A program made the translations under genes and the position numbers. The notes beneath the pieces are model-generated. The model was not told where the DNA came from and searched no databases. It saw only the letters and a program-made list of their open reading frames with translations. A stretch of 64,000 nucleotides of DNA from an uncultured Bacteroidales bacterium (GTDB lineage Bacteria > Bacteroidota > Bacteroidia > Bacteroidales > WCHB1-69): assembly GCA_946186495.1 (NCBI GenBank), contig CAMHNQ010000007.1, positions 8,161 through 72,160 on the forward strand, in the 5' to 3' direction. Below are positions 49,802 through 57,956 of this stretch, piece after piece. The first letter of the stretch is position 1. Each line of letters starts with the position of its first letter.

Positions 49802-52273
49802 TCAGTCTTTGAGACAGCGGACGGAGCAGCCAACATCAGGCAACCACGGCCGCATGTCCACGGTACTCTTGTCATAGCCCCAAGACACGGAATACGGTCC
49901 CAGTTCTTTCCCATACTGTCCACAAGTGGAGCTCCAGAAGTAGGCGCTGACCGTCATGGATTCATAATCACCGCCGTAATAGCCGGCGGGCAACGCGGAA
50001 AAACCGGTGCCGTTGTTGGCGGTCATGTCCTTGCAGACGTGACAGTTGGGGTAAAAGCCTAACCCCTCCTCCCACTTCTCTTGCGCAGACAAAGCCTTTG
50101 CGATGCTGTTCTTGCTTTTCCCGCTCACCCACTTGGGCTGTGCCTTCACATAGTCGAACATTTTCTGCCATTCTGCCTTGTTGGGAATATGCCAGCCGTT
50201 CGGACAGAGCCCCTGCACGCGTTCGGAGGATTCACTGCTCATGGTGATGTTCCGCACAGCCGCAGGCCAGTCATACAGATAGCCATACACGGGTACGTTT
50301 GCGCTGTCCCATCCTGGCGACACCATGCCGTCGGGATTCACTTCGGTACCATCCGCATAGCGGGTGGCCCGCATGTTCTCCTTCAGCCAGCATTGGCTGC
50401 CGACCTTCACTGTGGCATACGTATTGCCGTCAACATCGCTGACCGTGAACTGCCCACAAGCAGGCTTGGTGCGGAATGCCTGGTCGTTGCCATACAGAAC
50501 CGCGTCGTTGTCGAGAATGACGTACGCACGGATGTGGAAGTCCGTGTTGGGTTCCAGCCCGTCGAGGACGGACTTCCAGGAATCGTTCTGCACGTCCCAG
50601 GAAGCGGTGACGACCCGGTAGTTCTCCACAGTGGGGTTCGGACGGTAGCTGCAACACACACCTTTTTCGCGAACCTTCACGCCGCCGCGGTCGTACAGGT
50701 CGTACCCGCCGGTCATGACGGAGGTGTCGGTGATGTTGTAGGCGGCAGTAGTGTTCAACGCCGCGCGCGTGTGAAAGGACTGGTTCTCCCCGTAGTCCAC
50801 ACCATCGGCGTGTTGCACATACGCCCGCACGTAATAGACGGTTCCCGGGTTCAGGTTCGAGAGCGTGGTGGTGAACTTGCCTGTCCCCGACCCGTCGGAA
50901 GTGTGGTTTGAGGAGACGGTAGGGTTGAGAACTGTATCGTAGCATATTCCGCGCCCCACTATTGTTTTGCCGACATACTTCTCCCCGTGGATTTCACCAC
51001 CGCATAGTGCAGAAGTGGCGGTCATGCCTTCCGGGTTCAGTGTCACAACTGCAGGAATCTCAGCCTTGGTGGTGAACTCAACCTGTTCCCCGTACGCGGT
51101 TCCCGCCGCATTGGTCGCGTAAGCCCGAACGTAATAATGTGTGCTGGGGGTTAGACGGTCCAGTGTTGCACTGAAGTGTTTCTGACCATCGTTCGATGCC
51201 TTGACACAAAAGGCCTTCCCGAGGCCAGGGTCAGCTGTTTTGCCGAAACAGAACCCGCGTTCCGTCAGCTCTCCGCCGTCGTAGTCGATTTTACCTTTCG
51301 CCATGGCCGAATATTCCGTGATGGTAATCGGGAAACCCGTCTCTACAGAGGGCAGTTGAATCGTCGGTGTGACGAGGGTGTCGAGCTTTAGAGTGGTGTC
51401 GGCCGTTGCTGTTGCCAATTCCGGTTTCTGCTCGACTGTTTTCTCTTGAGCAGAAGAGTCGGCGGCAGACCGTTGAACCGAAGGCATTTCAACAGATGTC
51501 GCAGTATTTGAGGATTGTGCCGATTCCGGAGCCGACTTTGGCGCGACAGAGGTGCCCGTCTCTGGAAGCACATATCCATAATGCTCCAGCAACTGCCGTT
51601 TCCCTTCCGAAGTTTGCAGGCTGAATCCGATTCCGACCTTGAAGCCTAACGATAACAGATCTTTGAACTGGTAACCACTCGCTTTGCTGTGATTTATGTC
51701 ATAAAACCCGACAAATTCCGCTGAGAGAAGAAACCCATTCATGTCGAACATGAACCCTGTGGCAAGCATCGGACCCATTTCCACCTCGTCTTTCAGGTGG
51801 AAATGCCGCTCGTCGTAATAGAAACTTTTGTAGTTGAACGTCCGATAGCCGAATCCGGCACCGAGCTGCCAAGTCACAGGTTTCCATACGCGGAAAGACA
51901 TGCCCAAAAGGCCGTCCAAATACGACTTGGAGGCGACCTCCGGATTGTAGTTGCCTGGCACCTCGGTAGAGAAGGCTCCTTTGAAACGGAAATTCGACAT
52001 GGCGCTCAAATACCAGCCCACATGCTTCATGGTGCCGATCTTGAAGCCATAACCCATGTTCCTGAATGAGGATTGCGCCCATAGTGCCTCCGTGTTGAAT
52101 GTCATGTAGAAATCCTGCATCGCCGCATACTCCTTTTGGCTCGGAGGACGTTGGGCGGAACCAGTTCCCATTGTCAGTCCGATTAGCAGAACGACGAGGG
52201 GCAGTGCACCTCCGACAGTGCACTTCCCCCTGCTGTTATTATTTGTCGCTCTCATAGTCAAGAACCTTTGCAT
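49802..52273 (-). CDS. FISUMP-domain protein C with an N-terminal outer-membrane beta-barrel-like domain, three YVRAY repeats and one FISUMP domain
   Basis: The N-terminal signal-like region is followed by about 200 aa of alternating aromatic/Gly beta-strand pattern (GYGFKIGTM..WYLSAMSNFRF..LLGMSFRVW..WQLGAGFGYRTF..ATGFMFDM..LSAEFVGFYDI..LSLGFKVGIGFSL). A Ser/Thr/Ala-rich linker comes next, then the repeats ...HYYVRAYATNAAGTAYGEQVEFTT and ...VYYVRAYVQH. The FISUMP core is VSDVDGNTYATVKVGSQCWLKENMRATRYADG...GLCPNGWHIPN. The protein ends VRCLKD. The start may be 52273 or 52255. Confidence 0.82.
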   Translation of the reverse strand: MQRFLTMRATNNNSRGKCTVGGALPLVVLLIGLTMGTGSAQRPPSQKEYAAMQDFYMTFNTEALWAQSSFRNMGYGFKIGTMKHVGWYLSAMSNFRFKGAFSTEVPGNYNPEVASKSYLDGLLGMSFRVWKPVTWQLGAGFGYRTFNYKSFYYDERHFHLKDEVEMGPMLATGFMFDMNGFLLSAEFVGFYDINHSKASGYQFKDLLSLGFKVGIGFSLQTSEGKRQLLEHYGYVLPETGTSVAPKSAPESAQSSNTATSVEMPSVQRSAADSSAQEKTVEQKPELATATADTTLKLDTLVTPTIQLPSVETGFPITITEYSAMAKGKIDYDGGELTERGFCFGKTADPGLGKAFCVKASNDGQKHFSATLDRLTPSTHYYVRAYATNAAGTAYGEQVEFTTKAEIPAVVTLNPEGMTATSALCGGEIHGEKYVGKTIVGRGICYDTVLNPTVSSNHTSDGSGTGKFTTTLSNLNPGTVYYVRAYVQHADGVDYGENQSFHTRAALNTTAAYNITDTSVMTGGYDLYDRGGVKVREKGVCCSYRPNPTVENYRVVTASWDVQNDSWKSVLDGLEPNTDFHIRAYVILDNDAVLYGNDQAFRTKPACGQFTVSDVDGNTYATVKVGSQCWLKENMRATRYADGTEVNPDGMVSPGWDSANVPVYGYLYDWPAAVRNITMSSESSERVQGLCPNGWHIPNKAEWQKMFDYVKAQPKWVSGKSKNSIAKALSAQEKWEEGLGFYPNCHVCKDMTANNGTGFSALPAGYYGGDYESMTVSAYFWSSTCGQYGKELGPYSVSWGYDKSTVDMRPWLPDVGCSVRCLKD

Positions 52274-52279
52274 TTACGA

Positions 52280-52825
52280 TCAGAAAAACAGGAGCTTTTT
52301 CTTCTTGGCAGAGTTTTGGCCGGAAGAGTTTTTCTCCTTGGTGGGCAGCGGCGAAATCTCGGGGTTATAGCCTTTGCCGGATTTGCCGATATTATAAAGC
52401 GTGTTGTTGATCATCAACCAGTCCGCGCTGTAAGTCAATCCTTCTTCCGTTTGGATGTCCATCAGCTTACCCTCCTTGTTGAAAAAGAGGTACAGGTTCT
52501 TCGGTTCGCCGTAATAGACTAACTCACCCGTCCACTCATGGCCCTTTCGGTCATAATTGTCGGGTCGGACCTCGCGGAAATAGGTTCTGTACTTGTACAG
52601 ATAGATGGAATAACCGTCTTTCTGGCGGCTGATCACATCGTAGGGAAGCCCGTTCGGAAGTCCCCCGAACTGTTGCACCACTTGGTCGTAGGTACTCCCC
52701 AACTCAAGCGAAAGCACCTTGTCGAGAGGCACATATCGCGGCATGGGTACAGTGGTTTTGCATCCAGTGAAAGTCATGGCAATCATTGCCATGGCGAATG
52801 CTGCTAAAAAAAGTCTTTTCTTCAT
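52280..52825 (-). CDS. Hypothetical lipoprotein
   Basis: MKKRLFLAAFAMAMIAMTFTGCKT (lipobox). The stop lies 6 nt upstream of the FISUMP C start, so the two are probably co-transcribed. Confidence 0.7.
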   Translation of the reverse strand: MKKRLFLAAFAMAMIAMTFTGCKTTVPMPRYVPLDKVLSLELGSTYDQVVQQFGGLPNGLPYDVISRQKDGYSIYLYKYRTYFREVRPDNYDRKGHEWTGELVYYGEPKNLYLFFNKEGKLMDIQTEEGLTYSADWLMINNTLYNIGKSGKGYNPEISPLPTKEKNSSGQNSAKKKKLLFF

Positions 52826-52884
52826 AATTTTAAGTTTTTGATATTAAATTGGATTTTTAAGATTGAATATGCTGCTTGTTTGTT

Positions 52885-54156
52885 TCAAAACCCTTTCCCC
52901 TTCTCCGTCCTGTTGTCGGTGTTTACTTCTGATTTCACACTGGAAGTCGTAGAAGGAGAAACCTGTCTGGGGGACTGCACATGGCTTGGGACATTGCCCT
53001 CAGTCCTGTTCGGTTGCGCGGTTGGAGTCGCTTTTTTTGCCGGTTCGGGTTTGCTGGGTATCGGCATGGGTTTCATGTCGGTCGGGGTCACTTCTGATTT
53101 CTTGGATGTCGCTGACGTCTCCGTTAGGGATTTGGCATCGGTGGAATCTGAATCAAGCCCCTCCTTCGCCGCCGTTGTTTGGGAAGTTGAGGTGGCGAGG
53201 TTTTCATTCTCCTTTCCCGGAAGGGTTTTGACGACAAGAAAAACTATTCCGCACACGGTCGCCACGATTAAGGCTATAAGCATGGCGGACAGGGGTTTCG
53301 GCTTCTTTTTGGCAGGTTCTGCTAACGAGTCATTGCCCTGAGCCAATCCGGACGGGTCGATCTTCTGCGCAGCCATTCGGACAATGTCTTTGGCAAACGG
53401 GCGCTCCCAGGGGTGGAAGTCCAAGCATTGGGTGATGAGCGCACGGAGGTCCTGCGAGAGTTGTCCGGGCAGTTCAGGGACAGGAGTATCCTCATGCTGG
53501 TCCAAGCCACCGCTCCTGAACGGCAGACGTCCGGTCAGCAACTCGAACGCGGATGCCCCGAGAGCCCAGATGTCGCCGGCCATCAAAGGGGCGGAATCCT
53601 CCAAGAACTTCTCCGGCGGCATATAAGGCTTGGTGCCTTTCACCACCTCCTCCTCAACCTCTCCGGCCAAAGCGTTTTTCATGTTGAAGCTGATGCCGAA
53701 GTCGGTGATGACAAATTTGCCGTGGTCAAGCAAGATGTTGTCCGGCTTTATGTCCTGATGGATGATGGGCGGATGCTGATCGTGGAGGTGAGCCAAACCG
53801 GCGGCCACATCGTGGAGGAACTCCCAGCATTTTTGTTCGGTACACTTCCCGACAAGCTTCTCTGCCGAACCGCCCTCATAGTAGGGCATCACTAAGTAAG
53901 GACAACCGTCAGCCACACCTAAGTAGGTGCATTTGAGCAGGTTGGAATGGTTGAGGTTGTAGATGACCGTAAACTCGTTACGAAACAATTCGATGCCTCG
54001 CTCGTCCAATTGCGCCGACGGAAGGAAAATCTTCAGGGCGAGCTTTATCTTGGCGAAGGTGTCTTCCACATACCACACCTCCGAATAGCCGCCTTCTCCT
54101 AATTTGCGCAACAGCTTATATCGCTTGTCAAACAGGGTGTTTTCTGTCAATTTCAT
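52885..54156 (-). CDS. Hanks-type Ser/Thr protein kinase (non-RD: HQD), with one TM helix and an extracytoplasmic S/T/P/K-rich tail
   Basis: LGEGGYSEVWYV (G-loop), LALKIF, HQDIKPDNILL, TDFGIS and GTKPYMPPE. TM helix LSAMLIALIVATVCGIVFLVV. The tail is TSTSQTTAAKEG...KPMPIPSKPEPAKKATPTAQP. The start overlaps the PP2C stop (ATGA). Confidence 0.88.
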   Translation of the reverse strand: MKLTENTLFDKRYKLLRKLGEGGYSEVWYVEDTFAKIKLALKIFLPSAQLDERGIELFRNEFTVIYNLNHSNLLKCTYLGVADGCPYLVMPYYEGGSAEKLVGKCTEQKCWEFLHDVAAGLAHLHDQHPPIIHQDIKPDNILLDHGKFVITDFGISFNMKNALAGEVEEEVVKGTKPYMPPEKFLEDSAPLMAGDIWALGASAFELLTGRLPFRSGGLDQHEDTPVPELPGQLSQDLRALITQCLDFHPWERPFAKDIVRMAAQKIDPSGLAQGNDSLAEPAKKKPKPLSAMLIALIVATVCGIVFLVVKTLPGKENENLATSTSQTTAAKEGLDSDSTDAKSLTETSATSKKSEVTPTDMKPMPIPSKPEPAKKATPTAQPNRTEGNVPSHVQSPRQVSPSTTSSVKSEVNTDNRTEKGKGF

Positions 54157-55454
54157 ATACTGTCCTTGTTGGTTTCGTTTGAATTACTTTCACTCTCATC
54201 GTGGGAATCGTTTTTGCCGGTCGAAAAATCACCGCCCGTTGTCTTCCCTTGTTTGCCTTTTCCCATGTTATCCGAGGGGCTGCCTGCGTTTTCCTGCGAG
54301 AGGGAGTCCTCTCCGGGAGAGGCGGATTGGAGAGCCGACGTGTCAAGCAGTTCTGTCTGCCGATTCGGAATCTCTTTCTCCCGTATTTTCCCTCTTACGA
54401 CAAACAACAGGGTGGTCGCCAAGACTGCCAGCACAGCGAATATGGCCAGCCACTTCAGGATGGGCTTGCTTTTCTCCGACATTTTTGTCTGGGTCAGTGT
54501 TGTCTGTTCCTCCATGTCGGTTTCTTTCTCCGTGCCGGTGAGGACATCCGTTTCGGCATCGGATCCGCAGTGACTGACGTGGCAGAGTATAGAGGTGACA
54601 TTGTCGTGCCAACGTTCTTCGGCCGCTTCCCACAACAAGTCGTTCCATTTGTCTAACTGGCTGGGGGCGAACACTTCAGAGGCATGGACGAGAATGCTTT
54701 CTATGCTCAACTTCTTGGGTTGCTTACCTGTCAGAGGCTTGTCCGGGATGGCGCCGTGCAATCCGTCGCTACAGAGCAGGAAGACGTCCCCGTTGTGGAG
54801 GGGGATGGCCTTTTTGCGTGTTTCCGGCTTCACCTTCTCTGCGGAATCTCCCAGGCTTCGCATAATAATGTTGCTCTTCGGGTGGTTGAACGCATCAGCT
54901 TCCGTGATGTCCCCCTCATCGACCAACATCTGCACCAAAGAGTGATCATGGGTGAGCCGTTCCAGCTTCCCCGTGAAGGTGTTGAATCGGTATATCCTGC
55001 TGTCGCCGCACCAACCGACGTAGGCATTCCCCCTCAGTAGCCACAAGATGGCTATGGTAGTGCCCATGCCGCTATGTTCAGGGTTTTGCTCGGCATCGAA
55101 CTTGATGCTCATGTCCGCATACTGGATGGCCTCTTCAATTTTGCGGAGAAGTTCCTCGTCTGTCTTGCCTGAAATGTTCTCCAATTGGGTGCTGAAGAAA
55201 TTGAAAACAGACTCTACGGCCGTGCGGGAGGCCACTTCACCGGCATTCATGCCGCCCATCCCGTCAGCCACCACCAGCAGACAACCTCTCTCGCCCAGAT
55301 CCATCATGTCCGAGAGATAGGGGGGATTTCCGTCACCTGAATACATCGAGTCCGGCTGTGACAGGTTGGCACACACCAGACAACTGTCCTCGTTGTTGGC
55401 ACGTGCCGCCTTGTCACAGTGTGCGGTAACAATGATTTGTGGGATATTCTGCAT
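54153..55454 (-). CDS. PP2C-family Ser/Thr phosphatase with a C-terminal TM helix and a low-complexity tail
   Basis: ANNEDSCLV, LLVVADGMGGMNAGEVAS, GTTIAILW, LLCSDGLHG and DNVTSILCHV. TM helix ILKWLAIFAVLAVLATTLLFVV. Confidence 0.88.
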   Translation of the reverse strand: MQNIPQIIVTAHCDKAARANNEDSCLVCANLSQPDSMYSGDGNPPYLSDMMDLGERGCLLVVADGMGGMNAGEVASRTAVESVFNFFSTQLENISGKTDEELLRKIEEAIQYADMSIKFDAEQNPEHSGMGTTIAILWLLRGNAYVGWCGDSRIYRFNTFTGKLERLTHDHSLVQMLVDEGDITEADAFNHPKSNIIMRSLGDSAEKVKPETRKKAIPLHNGDVFLLCSDGLHGAIPDKPLTGKQPKKLSIESILVHASEVFAPSQLDKWNDLLWEAAEERWHDNVTSILCHVSHCGSDAETDVLTGTEKETDMEEQTTLTQTKMSEKSKPILKWLAIFAVLAVLATTLLFVVRGKIREKEIPNRQTELLDTSALQSASPGEDSLSQENAGSPSDNMGKGKQGKTTGGDFSTGKNDSHDESESNSNETNKDSI

Positions 55455-55468
55455 CTTATGACTTCTGG

Positions 55469-56566
55469 TTAGTTTCGTCCTCCATCCGGTGAATCCATGC
55501 CGCGGTCTCTGTCTCGGGGGGATTCGCCTCCCGTGCTGCGCGGGTCAGGGGAGTTGTTGCTGAAATCCCGTTCATTAGTCGCATTGTCCGTGTATCCCCG
55601 CTCTCCTTGCCCGCCACGGCTGTCTGAACGAGGGCCGGCCGGCTGCTGCTTGCCAGACGAGGTGTCAGGACTTTGGATGCCGCTTGCCACCGTTTTTGCC
55701 GGTTTGACGACAGCTTGGCCCTTGGCGGAGACACCCGGCTCTGCGCTCACCTTGGCCAATACCCATTGCCCTTGCATTTTCTGCGCCACTCCGAGGAGGA
55801 GAATGTCTGGCGTGTCGCCCATGCTTTGCTCCTTGATGAAAAAGCCGGCCACCACATCCCCTTCAGGCTGAACAAGGTCGTAGTAATTCTTGTCCTCCGT
55901 GAACGTAATCTCCTCCCAGACAGGATAGACAAATTCACCCGCATAGTTTCGTCCAAACCAAAACACGTAACCTCCCGTTTTCACTTTGTTCACTGGCTTT
56001 TTTAGCTGAAAGGAGCTGCCCCCGGAGGATGCCAATGGTGTCTTCAGACAGGCAAAACCAGATGCATACTCGTAGAAAGTCTCCGGCATTGCCAAAGGCA
56101 CACTTTTTTTGTCCGGGGTGCTGGCCTCCACGTTGTCAACTGTCCCGAGACATTCGGCCACAGGATAATTGTCCTTGTCGAAAAGGTCGGGCAGGTTGTT
56201 GAGCAAGGCCACGTCTCCCGACTTCAAAACGAGGGCCAATGCCAAGCGGGAACCTCCGGGGAAAGAGAGATTCGTGCGAACGAGTTGGTCCGCAATGGCA
56301 AAGTTGAGTTCGGAGATGTATATATCTTCGTGCGAACAGCCTGGATCGGTTTCGTCTTTAGGTTCCTTGTTGGAGTTTTTGGTGGGCTTGTTCGTGTTGT
56401 CCGAGGACTGCACGGTTGTTTTCTGAGTCCTTATTTCTGGCAGTTTTTTCGACTCCTTGTTGGCCTTGGACGGGTTGATGGCCGGCAGTCTTGAACCCGG
56501 TGCCTGCCCGAAACCCGTGTACATCAGGAGTACAAAACCCATTAATGGCAATATTCTTTTCATCAT
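55469..56566 (-). CDS. Exported protein of unknown function, embedded in the FHA/kinase operon
   Basis: Signal peptide MMKRILPLMGFVLLMYTGFGQA. A Lys/Asn/Thr-rich linker, a globular-looking core of about 230 aa, and a Gly/Arg/Asp/Ser-rich C-terminus. I recognise no motif. Confidence 0.7.
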   Translation of the reverse strand: MMKRILPLMGFVLLMYTGFGQAPGSRLPAINPSKANKESKKLPEIRTQKTTVQSSDNTNKPTKNSNKEPKDETDPGCSHEDIYISELNFAIADQLVRTNLSFPGGSRLALALVLKSGDVALLNNLPDLFDKDNYPVAECLGTVDNVEASTPDKKSVPLAMPETFYEYASGFACLKTPLASSGGSSFQLKKPVNKVKTGGYVFWFGRNYAGEFVYPVWEEITFTEDKNYYDLVQPEGDVVAGFFIKEQSMGDTPDILLLGVAQKMQGQWVLAKVSAEPGVSAKGQAVVKPAKTVASGIQSPDTSSGKQQPAGPRSDSRGGQGERGYTDNATNERDFSNNSPDPRSTGGESPRDRDRGMDSPDGGRN

Positions 56567-56582
56567 GACCGTGTATTGTTGA

Positions 56583-57920
56583 TTACTTGATTTGAGAAAT
56601 GGGGATAATGACGCTTCCATTATCGCCGATGGTGGAAGAGACCATGCCCACCAAATAGTATTTCCCGTGCCTCTTGCAGAAAACGGGCGAGCCTGAGCTG
56701 CCTGCGTCGATATTGTTGTCGGTCACAATCTTGCCTTCTAACAGACCCGTGTTGGAGGTTGTGACCATGCGGTATTGGGGTTCCAGCTTGTTGGCAGTGG
56801 CTCCCAAAGAGAACGGGAATCCGAGGATATGCAGTTTTGTGCCAAACTTCATTTTTTCCGACAGCTTTTCGTTGGGGACGATTTTGCTTGGCTGGTTCAT
56901 CTTCACGTATGCATAGTCGTTGGTTGAAAGCGCTTTGCGGACGAAATCTCCGACATGGATGTTCCGGCCTTTCGGCAGTGCGAGTTCCTCGAACTGGGCG
57001 GGGTTGCAGGTGCAGTCGGTAGTCTTGAAGGAAAAACGTTTTCCGTCTCTTGATTCCGCCTCGAATTTGGCGTTCACTCGGCCGCCATATACGGAAAGCA
57101 CAAGATTCACGTAGCAATACGGGTCGCTGAGATCCGGGTTGCCCCAATCCACCTGGTAATACCACGGTTCTACCACATGGCGTGCGGTGATGAAGCGGTT
57201 GTCGCAGGTCATGAAACCCGTGGCTGCCGGCTCCACTTCTCCTTTGTCCATATAGTTGTAGGTGTACGGTTCCCCGTTGTTGATGGCGGGGGAGGTCAAG
57301 GTGAACTCTGTCATGCGGACCAGATAAACGTCGTCTTTCAAATTCTCGATGTTAGGGCCTCCGCCGCTCAACAGCAAGTAGGCGGTCACGCCGGCAATAG
57401 CGGCGACCAGAACGGCGCACAATGCAATGATGGCGGCCTTGTAGGGACGGAGCGCCTGCTGGCCGAAATCCTTGATGCGCTCCCCGACACCGATGGACTG
57501 GGAGTATGAACCATCGGAAATGATAAAGCCCACTCTCGGCCCACCTTCGGAAAGCTGAATCTCGTCACCATTTTGCAAATAGTATTCATTGGTGATTGAA
57601 GTGCCGTTTACAAACGTCTCGTTGGTGTTTGAAAGATGCTTCAGCTTCCAGTTGTCGCCGTCCCTGACGATGACGGCGTGTTCGCGGCTGACAGTCGGAC
57701 AGTTTTCCGTGTCAAAGCGTATCTGGCATTTCGAGTCACGTCCTAAGAAGGCTTCGTCGATGATGATACGCTGCTGGTCTCCACGATGATGGAATCGGGT
57801 TTCGTCCTTGTATTCGATGGTGTAGAACTTCTTGCTTTTATTTCCAAAAGCGTTTCTGACTCCAGCGGAAATTGTCCCGGACAGGCTTCTCTTGAATTCG
57901 GTAGTTTTGGTGTCTGACAT
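56583..57920 (-). CDS. FHA domain - TM helix - trypsin-like (S1) serine peptidase fusion
   Basis: FHA region: FLGRDSKCQIRF...VSREHAVIVRDGDNWKLKHLSNTNETFVNG...LQNGDEIQL. TM helix AAIIALCAVLVAAIAGVTAYLLL. Peptidase region: FITARHVVEPW (His), then ...ILGFP... and DAGSSGSPVFC (Ser). Confidence 0.85.
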   Translation of the reverse strand: MSDTKTTEFKRSLSGTISAGVRNAFGNKSKKFYTIEYKDETRFHHRGDQQRIIIDEAFLGRDSKCQIRFDTENCPTVSREHAVIVRDGDNWKLKHLSNTNETFVNGTSITNEYYLQNGDEIQLSEGGPRVGFIISDGSYSQSIGVGERIKDFGQQALRPYKAAIIALCAVLVAAIAGVTAYLLLSGGGPNIENLKDDVYLVRMTEFTLTSPAINNGEPYTYNYMDKGEVEPAATGFMTCDNRFITARHVVEPWYYQVDWGNPDLSDPYCYVNLVLSVYGGRVNAKFEAESRDGKRFSFKTTDCTCNPAQFEELALPKGRNIHVGDFVRKALSTNDYAYVKMNQPSKIVPNEKLSEKMKFGTKLHILGFPFSLGATANKLEPQYRMVTTSNTGLLEGKIVTDNNIDAGSSGSPVFCKRHGKYYLVGMVSSTIGDNGSVIIPISQIK

Positions 57921-57956
57921 AATTTTTGATTTTTATTGTGAATAATCTGAATTCTC

